Source: the human T2T-CHM13v2.0 reference genome, Homo sapiens. From it: a DNA stretch of 64,000 nucleotides. The DNA is taken from the NCBI RefSeq assembly GCF_009914755.1, contig NC_060932.1. One strand, 5' to 3'. The first letter of the stretch is position 1. Each line of letters begins with the position of its first letter. A program made the translations under genes and the position numbers. This document shows, in pieces, positions 42,611 through 58,564 of this stretch. The notes beneath the pieces are model-generated. The model searched no databases, was not told where the DNA came from, and worked only from the letters and a program-made list of their open reading frames with translations.

Positions 42611-43394
42611 CTGGAAGAACGTATGGAGAGAAAGGTAGAACTGTGTAGTCATTGTGGTTCCCGAGAAAGAGGCTTCCAGTGAATCCATTTGCCCCCATCC
42701 AAGCCAGTAAATGGTAAGCACCACATGTGTTCTTGTCCTCTTTCCCCCTCACAACTCATTTTTAGAACTCTCATTCTTTCCCTTGACTGGGCCAGTGCTC
42801 CAGGTATCACCCACCCCATCTCACACCCTCCCTTCAGTGGCAACCAAGTCCCATCAGCACTCTCAAGTCATGGGGTGCTTGGTCCTAGAGCCAAGGTATG
42901 AGATTTGTCATTTCAAAAATCAAAGATCCTTTCAAAAATTTCATTTGAATAAATAGCTGCTTCTAAAGAAGTTCCAAGCATCACCCGCCCTGAAGGCCCA
43001 GGCAGTGACGCTGACCACAGTTTCTAGCATCTGTTCTTTCCTGAATTTAGAGATGATGCTATGCTCCAAAGCACAGAGGGTTTTGCTGTAACCATTATAC
43101 TGAAGCCCAACTAGGCAACACTGGCCATTAGAGAGATGTCATACTGTGCCGTGAAAGTACTCTTAGAATAGAGAGGAATCACACTGGGTTAGAACGAAAA
43201 CTCATTTAGAATAAAACAAAAATAAGTTTTCAGAGAAAAACATCTCTTTTTTTCTTTCAAATGAGTCAGATGATTTTTACAAAGTGAATGAAGACTCTTT
43301 GATTTCTGGCAAAGACAAATAAATAAACAAAAATAAAAGGAGGAGAGAGGCTGCCCATTCCCAAGGGGGAATCTAGCAGGGGCAGGGAATTTGG

Positions 43395-43505
43395 TATATT
43401 GACCTTGACCAAATTGTGTAAACTCTCTGTCTCATTTTTCTCATCTGCAAAAGTGCCAGGGATTTGGATTAAAACAGTTATTGAGGTCCCTTCCAGTTCT
43501 AAGAA
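43395..43505 (+). mobile_element. MIR3-like fragment
   Basis: 'gaccttgaccaa...ctcatctgcaaaa...gaggtcccttccagttctaa'. Confidence 0.75.
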
Positions 43506-44379
43506 TATATGGCCTTCAAGCTAGGAAAGGGGCTTTCCAGTTCCGAGACCAAGGTTTTGCCATAGAAAAATGAAGTAAAGAAGGAAGGTCTGCCATTATC
43601 AGCCAACCAGGGCTCTAGTCTGACAAATAACAGAAAAGAAGTGTTGTGTGGATCTTGTCATCGTGGTGCCTTGACCCGTCCTAGCTGTGTTTCCGTCTCA
43701 ATGATAGGATACAAATGGGCTATTCCAGGCATCTCAAGAATGCCCCAACCATAAAAGGAATTCTCCTAAGTGGCCCCTCTGTGACATTACACAGAACTCC
43801 TCTTTACATGGCAGTTTCACCCAGCTTCAGATTCAACTCTAGATGAAAATATTACAATTGGATGATTTGACAAGTGCTGAATCTAATCCTTGTTGCTCTT
43901 TTGCCAGAGTTCTTATAAAGAAGAATGCCAGATGTTGTACTTGTATATTTCATGCGTAACTGAATGGGAAAAAAACAGAACACAGCAAACCTAATTGTAA
44001 TATTTAACTGTTTTTGACAACCCACAATATAAACATACCAGAAATACCATATTTTCAAAACTGTGGCAAAGTCAAATGTCTCTCAAACACACACAAAAAA
44101 GCCTGTCATGAGTAATTCCGAATAAAGCAATCTGTCAGTTGTAAAATGCAAGTACTCCTTTATAAATAGTTTGCATGCTTCCAACTTGCTTAATAAATAC
44201 CATGTTAATAGATCAAAAATATTCAGAGAGAACTTCTTCAAGCCCAGGAAACATGAACTAATCAGTTGCTTATGTAACATCAGGCTGGATCTCCCTTACC
44301 ATTTACTGGGTATAAATCAAACTTATCAAGGGCACTTATCAGGGGCAAATCAAAACACCATCGATTGTCCAAAACAATT

Positions 44380-45560
44380 CCTTCTCTTGCTATCCGTTTC
44401 CACTCATCACATAGCCAGGAGCCTGAACACCATTTAATACTCCACTTTCTCCTCCTCTCATCAATAACCAAATCCTGTAGATAGTGCCTACTGAGGAACT
44501 TTGTCTTCTGGTCTCCACCCCATTTCCATTGCCTTAATTAAGCCTTCGTCCTCTACCTATTGGACAACTGCAAGATCCTCCAGCCTTCAGCATCTTCAAG
44601 TAATTCGTTCATCTTTAAGATTTCTCTTTCTCAAATACACTTTTGATACATCACCCCTCTGATCATACTCACCCTTCAATGGCTCCCTGCTGCTTCTAAG
44701 AAGAACTCAAAATTCAACACAATGTCCTCCCTCACACCCCATATTCCAGCCTTGTCAAGTTGCTTTGTTTTCCAATTATCAGGATACTTTGTTCTCCATG
44801 TCCTAACAAACCAATTGCTCCCCATCCCAACTCCAAAAGAGCCCATGTAACCATTATGTCTTTTTCAAGAGGAAAACTTCTTCCTTGGGCCCTGTATGAC
44901 CTGTCCCCTGCCTCTCTCTCAACCTGACACTACCCTCCTCCTAGGCTCGGCTCTAGCTGTGCCAGCCCTCTATAGGTTCTGCTTCCTTCCTCAGTGGAGA
45001 CATTTCAACATGGAGGCCCCTCGCTAGCTACTCTTCATTCACCTAACTTGAACTCATTCTTCAGGTTCATTATTTGGCTTAAGGTCAATGTGACTCTCTC
45101 AGTGAGACCTCCCATGATGCCCACCCCAGAAGGAAATTTGGTCTTTGCTACATGCTCTGCAGTTCACTATTCTTTTCCTTCATTGCATTTATCACAACTG
45201 ATGGTTATATATTTAATATTGAGGTTATGACTTCAAAGCTCATCACCCACAATGAATACTCACTTCTGTGAAGTACAGATGGTTCAGGTTCAAAGTTCAT
45301 CCCCAGACTCTAGCACAGTGCCTAGTACTCAATAAAAGTTTAAAAATCAATGAGTGGTAGCTCCAGCCTTACTCCTTCTGTACATAATATTCTGTTCTCC
45401 CCAGCCATGCAGGTAGAAAAGTCCACTGCCTCCCTTGCAACTCAGCTGTGCCCTGAACAGAATTAAATTGGAGCACCCATGATATATAACGCATTTCCAT
45501 CTTATTCTTTTTTCTACTAGACTACAAACTCCTCGTGGGCAAAAATCATGTTATATCTTT
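44380..45560 (+). mobile_element. Cluster of L2 fragments
   Basis: 'caccaaatcctg'-like 44467, 'ccttcaatggctccc', 'ctagcacagtgcctagtactcaataaa', 'ctagactacaaactcctcgtgggca'. Confidence 0.65.
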
Positions 45561-45654
45561 GAGGCATGTGGATCCTTAAGTATAACAAAAGGTGTGCAGA
45601 GGAGGAACGTATGTCTACAGGTATACATTTTGGAGGGTGCCACAAGGACAGCAG

Positions 45655-47852
45655 TGTATTAGTCCATTCTGACACTGCTATAAGGACATACTTGAGACTA
45701 GGTAATTTATAAAGAAAAGAGGTTTAATTGACTCACATTTCCACAGGGCTGGGGAGGCTTCAGGAAACTTACAATCATGGTAGGGGAAGCAAACACATCC
45801 TTCTTCACACAGCAGCAGGAAGGAGAAGTATGAGCAAAAGCAGGGAAAGTCCCTTATAAAACCATCAGATATTGTAAGAACTCACTCACTGAGGGTAACT
45901 GCATCAATGATTCAGTTGCCTCCCACCAGATCCCACCTACAACACATGGGAACTACAGTTCAAGATGAGATTTAGGTGGGGACACAGCCAAACCATATAT
46001 CATTCTGCCCCTGGCCCTTCCCAAATCTCATGTCCTCACAATTCAAAACACAATTATTCCTTTCCAACAGTACCCAAAAGTCTCAATTCATTCTAGCATT
46101 AACCCAAAAGTCCAAGTCCAAAGTCTCATCTGAGACAAGGCAAGTTCCTTCCACCTATGAGCCTGTAAAATCAAAAGCAAGTTATTACTTCCTAGATACA
46201 ATAGAGGTACAGGAATTGGGTAAATGCACCCATTCCAAATGGGAGAAATTGGCCAAAACAAAGTGGTTACAGGCCCCATGCAAGTCTGAAATCTAACAAG
46301 GCAGTAATTAAATTTTAAAGCTCCAAAATAATCTCCCTTGACTCCATGTCTCACATCCAGGTCATGCTGATGCAAGAGGTGGGCTCCCATGGCCTTGGAC
46401 AGCTCCACATCTGTAGCTTTGCAGGGTACAGCCACCCTGTCAGCTTCCTTCACAGGCTGGTGTTGAGTGCCTGTGGCTTTTTCAGGCACACAGTGCAAGC
46501 TGTCAGTGGACATACTATTCTAAGGTCTGAAGAATGGTGGCTCTCTTCTCACAGCTCCACTAGGCAGTGCCCCAGTGGAGGCTCTGACCCCACATTTCCC
46601 TTCTGCACTGCCCTAACAAAGGTTCTCCATGAGGGCTCTGCCCCAGCAGTAAACTTCTGCCTGGAGATCCAGGCATTTCCATACATCCTCTGAAATCTAG
46701 GCAGAGGTTCCCAAACCACAATTCTTGACTTCTGTGCACCCAAAGGCCCAATACCACATGAAAGCTGCCAAGGCCTGGGGCTTCCACCCTCTGAAACAAC
46801 AGTCTGAGCTGTACGTTGGCTCCTTTTAGCCATGGCTGGAGCTGAAGCAGCTGAGATACAGGGCACTATGTCCCAAGGCTGCACAGGGCAGGGAGGCCCT
46901 GGGCTTGGCCCACAAAACCATTTTTCCCTCCTAGGCATCCAGGCCTTTGATGGCAGGGGCTGCTGTGAAGGTCTCTGACATGCCATGGAGACATTTCCCC
47001 ATTGTCTTGGTGATTAACATTCAGCTCCTCGTTACTTATGCGAATTTCTGCAGCAGGCTTGAATTTCTTCCCAGAAAATAGTTCTTTTCTATTGCAGCAT
47101 CAGGCTGCAAATTTTCCAAATTTTTATGATCTGTTTCCTCTGGAACACTTTGCCACTTAGAAATTTCTTCTGCCAGATACCCTATATCATCTCTCTCAAG
47201 TTCAAAGTTCCACAGATCTCTGGGACGGGGCAAAATGCCGCCAGTTTCTTTACATAGCAAGAATGACCTTTACTTCAGTTCCCAACCAGTTCCCCATCTC
47301 CATTTGAGACCACTTCAGCCTGGACTTCATTGTTTATATCACTATCAGCATTTTGGTTAAAGCCATTCAACAAGTCTCTAGGAAGTTTCAAACTTCCATA
47401 TCTTCCTATCTTCTGAGCCCTCCAAACTGTTCCAACCTCTACCTGTTACCCATTTCCAAAGTGGTTCCCTCATTTTTGGGTATCTTTACAGCAGCGCCCT
47501 ACACCCAGAACAAATTTACTGTATTAGTCGATTCTCATGGTGCTGTAAGGACATATCTGAACCAGGTAATTTAGAAAGGAAAGAGGTTTAATTGACTCAC
47601 AGTTATGCAGGGCTGGGGAGGACTCAGGAAATTTACAATCATGGTAGAAGTGGAAGCAAACACACCCTTCTTCGCACAGTGGCAGGAAGGGGAAGTATGA
47701 GCAAAAGGTGGGAAAAGCCCCTGATAAATTCATCAGATCTTGTGAGAACTCACTCACTATCCAAAGACCAGCAGCATGGGGGTAATTGCCCCCATGATTC
47801 AATTACCTGACACAAAGGGATTATGGGAACTGTAATTCAAGATAAGATTTGG
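45655..47852 (-). mobile_element. THE1 (C/D-like) MaLR provirus: 3' LTR 45655-46002, internal region 46003-47519, truncated 5' LTR 47520-47852
   Basis: Two homologous LTRs starting 'tgtattagtc'; reversed PPT 'ttctgcccctggcc' at 46003; internal ORF fragments such as DLWNFELERDDIGYLAEEISK (47036-47260). Confidence 0.93.
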
Positions 47853-48230
47853 ATTCTGGATCCCAAACAAGTTTGAGGAAATTTGAATATGGACTATATT
47901 TGAGATGATTCTGTGAAATTATTATCTTAGGTGTAATAATGATACTGTTTACACAGAAAAATGTCCTTATTTTGAGGAGCATGTAGAAGTATTCAAGGGT
48001 GAAGTATCATGATATCCTCAGTCTATATTCAAGTGGGTCAGGAAACGAATATGAACAGTTATGCATACATCTTACTTAAACACAAACTTGAGTCTATGTG
48101 TATATACAGGAAGAAAGCAAGAGAAAGAAAGCAAATGTAGCAAAATGAAGAGAGTATGACTACGTACTATTTTCTATCAACTTTTCTGTAGGTTAATTTT
48201 TTAAATAAAAAGGAATGCAAATAAATAAAG
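47853..48230 (+). mobile_element. L1MC4/5-like 3' end
   Basis: 'gaaatttgaatatggact...cttaggtgtaataatg...gaagtattcaagggtgaagtatcatgat...caacttttctgtaggtt...aaataaaaa'. Confidence 0.75.
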
Positions 48231-48627
48231 CAAGCCTCTTTCACATGTGAACTAAATATTCTACACAATGCCCAAGTATACTCCTTTGAAGCTCTAAATG
48301 CACTAGCCACTGAGGGGGAAACAATGCCTGCAGCCTTCATGTTGGAAAGGATTGTTTATCAAACCCTTGGGGAACCCAACCTTCTGATGGGAAAATAATA
48401 GCCCCTGGGCAGTGCCATTAGGAAGACTATCTCTGGGAGGAATCAAAACTAATCTGGTTAGCATTTCCTGATGACCCAGGCAAAGTGGTCCCTGCCCCAA
48501 CACAAGCCAGTCTCTTTTCTACTAATTCCTTTGCCCGCCATATGTGAATTACACTGCTCCTTGTGCTAAGTGACCAGAAAGTAAAAGATGAGTATGATGC
48601 AGCCCCAACCTTCTGGTCATTTATTCC

Positions 48628-48765
48628 AAAGGTGACCATTTAATTCATTGCCCAAACCAAGATAATTTTGAGAGTAAAGGGGGGTACTAGCCAGACAAGG
48701 TGCTGAGACAACAGGTATAAACTGGGAGTGTCCCAGGAAAATTTGGATGTATGGTTGTCACCCCA
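48628..48765. mobile_element. MER94-like hAT-Blackjack MITE
   Basis: TIR remnants 'ggtgaccat' and 'gtatggttgtcaccc'; internal 'ttttgagagtaaaggggg' and 'acaacaggtataaactggga'. Confidence 0.75.
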
Positions 48766-48849
48766 GAGTGGTGACAAACACATAAATAATAGCAACAACA
48801 GCTAACCACATAACAAAATAATATAAAGAAACTGTCAAGAAGACATTAC

Positions 48850-49190
48850 CTGGGAATTCGGAGGAGTGATATTTCTTTGAAGGAATCAGGAAGGACTTCG
48901 TGGAGGAGGAGGAATTTTAAAATAATGATAGGATCTCTGCAGATAGAGATAGAAGAGAAAGTCATTCTGGATAGAAGAAACTGTGTGAGCAAAGACCAAA
49001 GTAGTAAAATGTAGGGTGTACCAGGAAGTGGAGGCAACTAAAATAGCTGATCTGAAGAGATGTCCATAGGAAAGACAGGGAAATGGGCCTGGAGAGGTAA
49101 AAATGGAATCACAGTGAAAAGTGTATACTTAATCCAACAGGCAACAGGAAGTCACTAAGTGTTTTTGGGGAGGACAGGAATAAGTCTGTG
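48850..49190 (-). mobile_element. L2 fragment (also holds a candidate 87-nt minus-strand exon 48850-48936)
   Basis: 'ggaatcaggaaggacttcgtggaggag', 'gtgagcaaagacc', 'ggcaacaggaagtcactaagtgtttt'. Confidence 0.7.
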
Positions 49191-50129
49191 GCGGGCCTTG
49201 AATGTCAGGCAAAAGACTGAAAGCCAGAGAATCAGATCTTTTACAGAGGGAAGGGTCTTCTACAATAGAACTCATAAGTGAAAATCGATATTACCTAGCC
49301 TGCAAACATGAATGCTATAAGCCAAAAGAAATTGTCACAGACATTGATGTCATAAGCTTTTCAAAATCGCCTTTATTCTTTCTTGTGGGTGATTCTGTTT
49401 CATGTGCTGGGCCAAGTATTATTTCTCCTGTCAACGTTTCATCATAAAAACCTTCACAGCCCTATTTCCATAAAGTCGCTGTCACAGTAACAAAAATGAG
49501 AGAGTTAAAATGTTCAGAACTATCCAAGCTAGAGGTGAAAACCAAAAACACAGCATTCGAGCTGAAGGAAAAGCAGGTCACTAAAAGGGGAGGGATGTGA
49601 TAAGCTTGCGGTCAGGACGAGAAATTACATTTTGAAGGCACAGCTCGCTTTAATGCAAGTCCTTCTACTGCTCTCAAAGAAGCCTGAAGCACTCTCACAT
49701 TTAATAAGATTAATTATATTATTCCTAAAGTTTATTTATAGATCTTTACTGGGTTGCATAGAAAATTTCAGGGGAAAATGTTAAAAGGCGGGTTTTCAAC
49801 TATTTTCAGTTTTATTCCAGATACTTGTCTAGACAAGAGCACATGCCTCCTAAAAGAATAAGTTATTCTAGAGAAAACTATTAATATCAGATCTTTCCGG
49901 AAAAGGTGAACAACACTGGTGAGGCAATCTCATTTCCAGAGGAGAATGGTTCAACAGGAAGCCAGCGTTCTGGTCTCTAAAGACAAAGCCAGCAATATTT
50001 GTAAACAGAAACCATGTATTCCCTTTCTATAGAGGGTGTGCCCCACTCTTCAAAACATATTCCCTGGTCATTTAAGGCCATGAATGAATCAGAGAAAGGC
50101 CTGAGCTGGAGAAGTAGTTCTTGATTTTT

Positions 50130-51450
<1,321 letters not shown>

Positions 51451-51679
51451 TAAAGAAAAATATCTCCATCAAGCTCCTTGAAAACGTGAAAAATCTGATC
51501 GTTTTCAGAAGTATAACAGGTAAATAAGGCAATAATAATTCCTATTGAAGGAAGGTGAGCAAAAATATATTCAATAAATTGCTATGATCAATATTAGAAA
51601 AAAGTTAGCTAGGAATAAATAGGATTTGAGTATGAAAACATGAAAGGAAAGATGTTCATTAATCATAGAACTCCGTGGC

Positions 51680-53855
51680 CTCTGATCTCCCTGTGATCCC
51701 TGGAGGTGTAGTTCATTTCCCCATGTACAAAAGGGGATTGTGTACAAGCCTAGAGTAAGCCCTATGTAAGAATCATGGCTTAGAGTACTAGAGTTTTGGA
51801 GCAAAACCAGCCTCTTCTGCTAATTTTCTCTCTCTGAGTAACAGCTGCTGATTTTTCCCCTTGAAAGTATATTCTCAGGCTCTTGTGGAGACAGAACTCC
51901 TGCCCTAGGACACTTGATGACCATATGAGCTGAGCTGCCCACCATAAACTAACTGGTCATCATTTAATCCACCAAACCATAAAATCAGCTAAGTGAAGTC
52001 ACACTCCGTCACCAAGTGGAAGTGGTGTATAAGATGGGTCTGTAGCAAGTCCTATGGATACAAGTAAGCCATATGATTTGATGGCTCAGATTCCTACGGC
52101 CACCTACTCCTGATACATTGCTTCCTCTCTCTCAAACCACACTTACGGCTTCAAAAGGAGTTCCCTGTAACCAGATGATGATAGCGAAAAAAAAGACTTG
52201 GATATGTTTTGCATATGATACTCCATTATATAGCAGCAACAGCTAGAACTAAGCTGTTGTATATCCACTCAGGGATGGCCCTGAAAAATAGCGTAGAGAG
52301 AAAATCCTCCCAGTTGGCAGAACTTCATAACACATCTGGATATCTGTTTTGGCTAGACTGAAAGATGGCCAGAAGTACAAATCTATACTAACTCATACAT
52401 AATGGATAATGATTTGGCCAGATGGTCATCGACTTGGAAAGAACAGAATTGAAAAACTGCTAAAAAAAAAAAAAAAAAAAAAAAGAGGACTGAGGAATAG
52501 GCAGATGGATGACCTCTTAGAAGGGGCAATGAGTGGGAAATATTTATATCTCATGTGCATGCTCACAAAAGGACGTCCACTGCAGAGAAGGCTGTCAATA
52601 ATCAGGGGGACAAGATAACATATTCTGAGGATGTCAGCCAGCCAGTTCTTCCCAGCCACCCTAGTAACTTCTCCATGGACTTATCTTCTGAGTGGTCATG
52701 ACAGTAATCAATGAGTCTATGTGTAGGCTCACCAAGTGAATCTGGCTAGCACCATTACTGTGTGTTCACCCTGCGAACAGCAGGGGCCAGCAATGAGTCC
52801 AGGTGGACTAGTTAGTCATGCTATGGTGCGTGAATTACACTGGATTCTTTCCAGTATGAAGTGGGCAAAGATTTGTTCTTAGGGAAATAAACATTTCCTG
52901 TGGATATGGGTTTGCCTTTTGTAAGTACCACCGATAACATACTTAGAAAATGCCTTATTTACCATTGTGGCACCCCTCAAGTCATCACTTCTGATCAAGG
53001 CGCTAATTTCACAACAAAATAAGTGCAGCAATTGACTTGCAGCCACGGAATTCTCTAGTCCTGCCATATACTCCATCATCCAGAAGCAGCTAACCTGGTA
53101 GAATGATGGAATCACCTACTGAAGGCTCAATTGTCACTAACTGAGAGATAACCTCTTGAAAGCTTATGGAACTATATCTTACAGGATGTAGTACATGCTT
53201 TGAATCAACAACCCCTAGAGAGTGGTATTCCTCCCATATCTATAATACATGGGTCAGAGAATCAAAAATTAAAATGGGATAGTCTATTCTAACTATTATG
53301 CCTAATAAGCTAGTCACAAAATTTTGCTACCTGTGCCTAAGATTTTGGGCTCTGCTGGTTTAAAGTTATTCATTTCCAAGAAAATAAAAGTCAGCAGCAG
53401 AAACAAGAATGGTTCCACTGAACTAAAATTTGAGATTACTACTTGGTCATTCAGACTCCTTAAGCCATTGTACAAACAAAAATTGTTCTACTGCACTAAC
53501 TGGGGTCCCAATTACTAAGCTAAAATAAGATTGTTGCTGGATAATGGAGGCATTAAGAAAGATGTCTGTAATCCAGAGGATTCTCTGGGGTGCCTTATTA
53601 CTTCCATATCCAGTAGTAAAGTTAATAAAAGATTTCACTACACCAACAAAGGAGGGATGTCTAAGGACACAGACTTTTCAGGAGTAAAGATTTGCATCAG
53701 CCCTTCAGAAAAAGAATCCTCACCAACCAAGGGATTAAAGAGAAAAGCATATGGGAGTTGATACGGGAAGAAAGAAGACATATAGATATAGATATATATA
53801 AATGTAAATCCTAGCTCTTTCTCTTTCTTTCTTGCTCTCTCTCTCCTCCCTCTAA

Positions 53856-53890
<35 letters not shown>

Positions 53891-54317
53891 GCTTTGTGAT
53901 CAGTTACAGAAGTAAGGGCTATAGCAACTATGTGTATTTTCTTCCTTGTACAGATTTGTATATAGAACTCACTCTCCCCTTTTTCCTTTCCCCAAGTGTG
54001 TCTGTTATACAAGGAGTGTGTCACATAAGTTAACTACAAACTAGGTGGTTAACTTTACAATTTAGTCTTTTAAGTTACATGATAAATGAGATTTTGATTA
54101 ACCTGTAAGGGGAATTAACATCATCAACATATAAATGTAAATGCACCAACTAATGGCACTTCTTATCCCCCTTATCAGGGAACTAGTGAGCATGCCTTCA
54201 TTTGTGCAAGGGATAATTGCATCAACAGAAGCATTATAATGTTGCTGTTGTTGCTTTATCAAGTTTATATATGGGTGGAGGGCTGTGTATGGATGAAAAA
54301 GAGACAAAGGGGTGGAC
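51680..54317 (+). mobile_element. Ancient ERVL internal region (pol: RT end, RNase H, integrase, dUTPase), decayed
   Basis: RNase H-like WPEVQIYTNS (about 52366); integrase ...ITSDQGANFT...HHPEAANLVE*WNHLLKAQL with D(52993)-35-E(53101); dUTPase-like LGSAGL and LLDNGG; PPT 'aaaggggtggac' 54306-54317. Confidence 0.88.
53859..53886. repeat. (CA)14 microsatellite with adjacent CT- and AT-rich tracts
   Basis: Visible directly. Confidence 0.95.
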
Positions 54318-54625
54318 TGTGCCTAACAGTGTATCGCCAACACAAATTCATATTCATCCTTATACCTTCCTCTATAGTGATGGGGAAAGAAAGCAGCATG
54401 ACACATTTCTCAGAATAACTCACCAATTGGCTTCTTATTGGGCTGTGTCATGGGGGCACTAGCAGGAAATTGTAAGACCGGAAGAAGGGAGGAGTGTTTT
54501 TGTTTCTTTGGGCTTCTGGCAGTGCCTTCAATGGCAGTGGCAGTGATGACATCATGGTTGGCTAGCGTGGGCTTCTGGGCTGCTGCTCAGGATCCTTGAT
54601 TTAATAGCAGAAGTGGACCGTGACA
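54318..54625 (+). mobile_element. 3' LTR of the ERVL remnant (LTR40/LTR41/LTR33-related), partial
   Basis: TGT directly after the PPT; 'ggcttcttattggg...gggggcactagcaggaaattg'. Confidence 0.65.
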
Positions 54626-54704
54626 CAACTGAAAGCAGGGACTGTCTTAAACGTACGCGTCCCCTACAGTGCTTGGCCTAGGGCTAACCTCATAGTAGGC
54701 ACAT

Positions 54705-54887
54705 TTATAAGTGCACAGTAGTGTTCATTGTATTCACATTGTTGTGTTACGACCCTCTAGAACTTCTTCATCTTGCAAATCTGAAAGTCTATACCCAATA
54801 AACAACAACATCCCTTTTCCCCCTGCCCTTAGCCCCTGGTAACCACCATCCTATTTCCTATTTCTATGAATTTGACTACTTCAGATA
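54705..54887 (-). mobile_element. L1MB-like 3' fragment
   Basis: 'tattcacattgttgtg...ctctagaacttcttcatcttgcaaa...cccctggtaaccaccatcct...ctatgaatttgactact'. Confidence 0.85.
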
Positions 54888-54921
54888 AGTACGCACATGG
54901 TTTTTAAAAACTCACGTAAGT

Positions 54922-55205
54922 GTAGAATCTCCAAGAGTTGAAAACGATATTAGAAGTAATCTAGTGCAAGGTCTCGCCCAGTGCATGGGCCCCACCTTTT
55001 TCCTCTTAAATTCAGTAATGTACTTTTTGATCACCTGGTCTCTGCTGGAAGAATCTCGGTGACTGCTTCAAAAAGGTGAGCCATGCTATGGGTGGACTCT
55101 TCCTGTAATAACAAAGCTCTTCCTTATATTAACCCAAAATGGTGACCTTTTACCCATTGATATTGGTCTATTTTCCAGAACAGAACACATTCCCTCCCTC
55201 TTCCA
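54922..55205 (-). mobile_element. L3/CR1 3' end
   Basis: 'agaatctccaagagttgaaaacgatattagaagtaatctagt' and 'aagctcttccttatattaacccaaaat...acccattg'. Confidence 0.6.
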
Positions 55206-55846
55206 AAGTTTAAATGTTTTTATGTTATTTTAAAAACATATTTTTATCACACTTGTTTTAGCCTGCCATGAGACAATGATTCACATGGAGAAAATCAGAA
55301 AACACAAAGAATATCAACTTCTGTTGAGATCCAACACTCAGCAACAGTGTACTATGTAGCCAGAGGTCTCCATAGTCCAGAGAAAGGCAGTAGAATCCAG
55401 GAACTAATTAAAACAGTGAATCAGCGTTTGTTCCTGAAGCCCTCTGCTTGACTAGGGTATTAAAAATGAATATTCTTCCACATGTCCATGAGATTACTGA
55501 CAGTTTCTCATTAGGTAACTACTTGTCTCTTTAATGAACCAAAAGATTCTCTCCCAGGTAGTCACAATATTTACCACAATTGCAAAGATAAAAATTTTCA
55601 CCAAAATTTCATTCGCAAAAGCCTCCTCATTCAAAATGATTTCTGAAGTTGCAGAGGCAGGACATAGTCATGTTCTTGCAGCATTTCTAGTGACATTCAT
55701 GGCAACCCTTTCCCCAACTAACTGCATATGTTACTTATATCACAAAATTATATTGTCGCTATAGAAACATAGCCTAATAATAATACTAAACAGTTTGAAG
55801 AACACAGAGACTGTGACAAAATATCTCTAGTAGAAGATCAGAAGCT

Positions 55847-56160
<314 letters not shown>

Positions 56161-56199
56161 TACTTAATATATATATCACTATATATATCTTTTTTCACT

Positions 56200-57500
<1,301 letters not shown>

Positions 57501-58564
57501 CATATATTACACTTACAATAACAAATACACAAATGCTCTTGGTACCAATTCTTAAGTATTCCTGATAGGCCACTGCCTTCAGCCTAGAACTTGAGAGGAC
57601 CCAGTTCTTAGCATGCCCATCTAGGAACACACTGAAGCACACATTTTGGCATACCTCCTTTATTACCATGAGATGTAGGGTTTGCTTTCATGAAGAAAAC
57701 AAAAGAGTAAACAATCCTGGATCTGAACTGATAGCACTTTATAAATAAAAGCATTTTACATCAATAAAAGATTTTTATTATTTCAATACCAGAGGTTTCA
57801 AAAAGCCCACCATGTATCCAAATAAGGTGTCTTTATTTCCCCCCTTTCACTCATAAGTCATCTCAGTTTATCAGTTTGCAGGAATGTAAGCTTCACACAC
57901 AAAATTCCAGTCTGGGAAGAAGAATGCTGCTTATTACAGGGTTTTATGCCACATGACTCATTGGGATTTCCTGACGGCCTTTGCCTTACTATACCAAATT
58001 GACCCTGGAGCTCCTAATGGTGATTCCCAGCTGCATCAATTTTGAGATTTACATTGCCCCTAGGAAAAGGACAAGTGAGATGTGACAGAAATTAAACCAG
58101 TACCTTCCCACACAGACTCTGCCCACGCCACGGGGAAAGAAAACAATTGCTGATGGGTCAGCAAGACAGAGGCAATAATTATATTCTCTCAAAGAACAAT
58201 CCCTGCTCTGGATAAGACAGGCTTATCACACAATGCTCTGCATGGGGCTTGCAGAGTCTATGAGAAACACAGCGAACCTGTAAGCCAGCAAGGATGCTGC
58301 ATCAACTTTCATCAGGATCAAGTCCAGGAAGTGCTTTGGCAATTTACACCACCTGGCATTTGGTGGCCTTGATTATTCCCATAGCAGCAAAGTCCCTAGA
58401 AGCCCTAAGTGGCAGGGCTCCAGCTTCTGCAGCATTCACCAGAATAGCACATGAATACATTTCAGTGGCATATCCATATTCATTAGTAACCCATTCCACA
58501 ATTTTCCCACAATTCACTTTAGCCATGTGGCTGAAACCCCCAGGAGCTTCAAAAACACAAGCAC

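Noticed and set aside
45976-47574. ORFs of 70-145 aa
   Set aside because: They are fragments or antisense frames of the THE1 internal region
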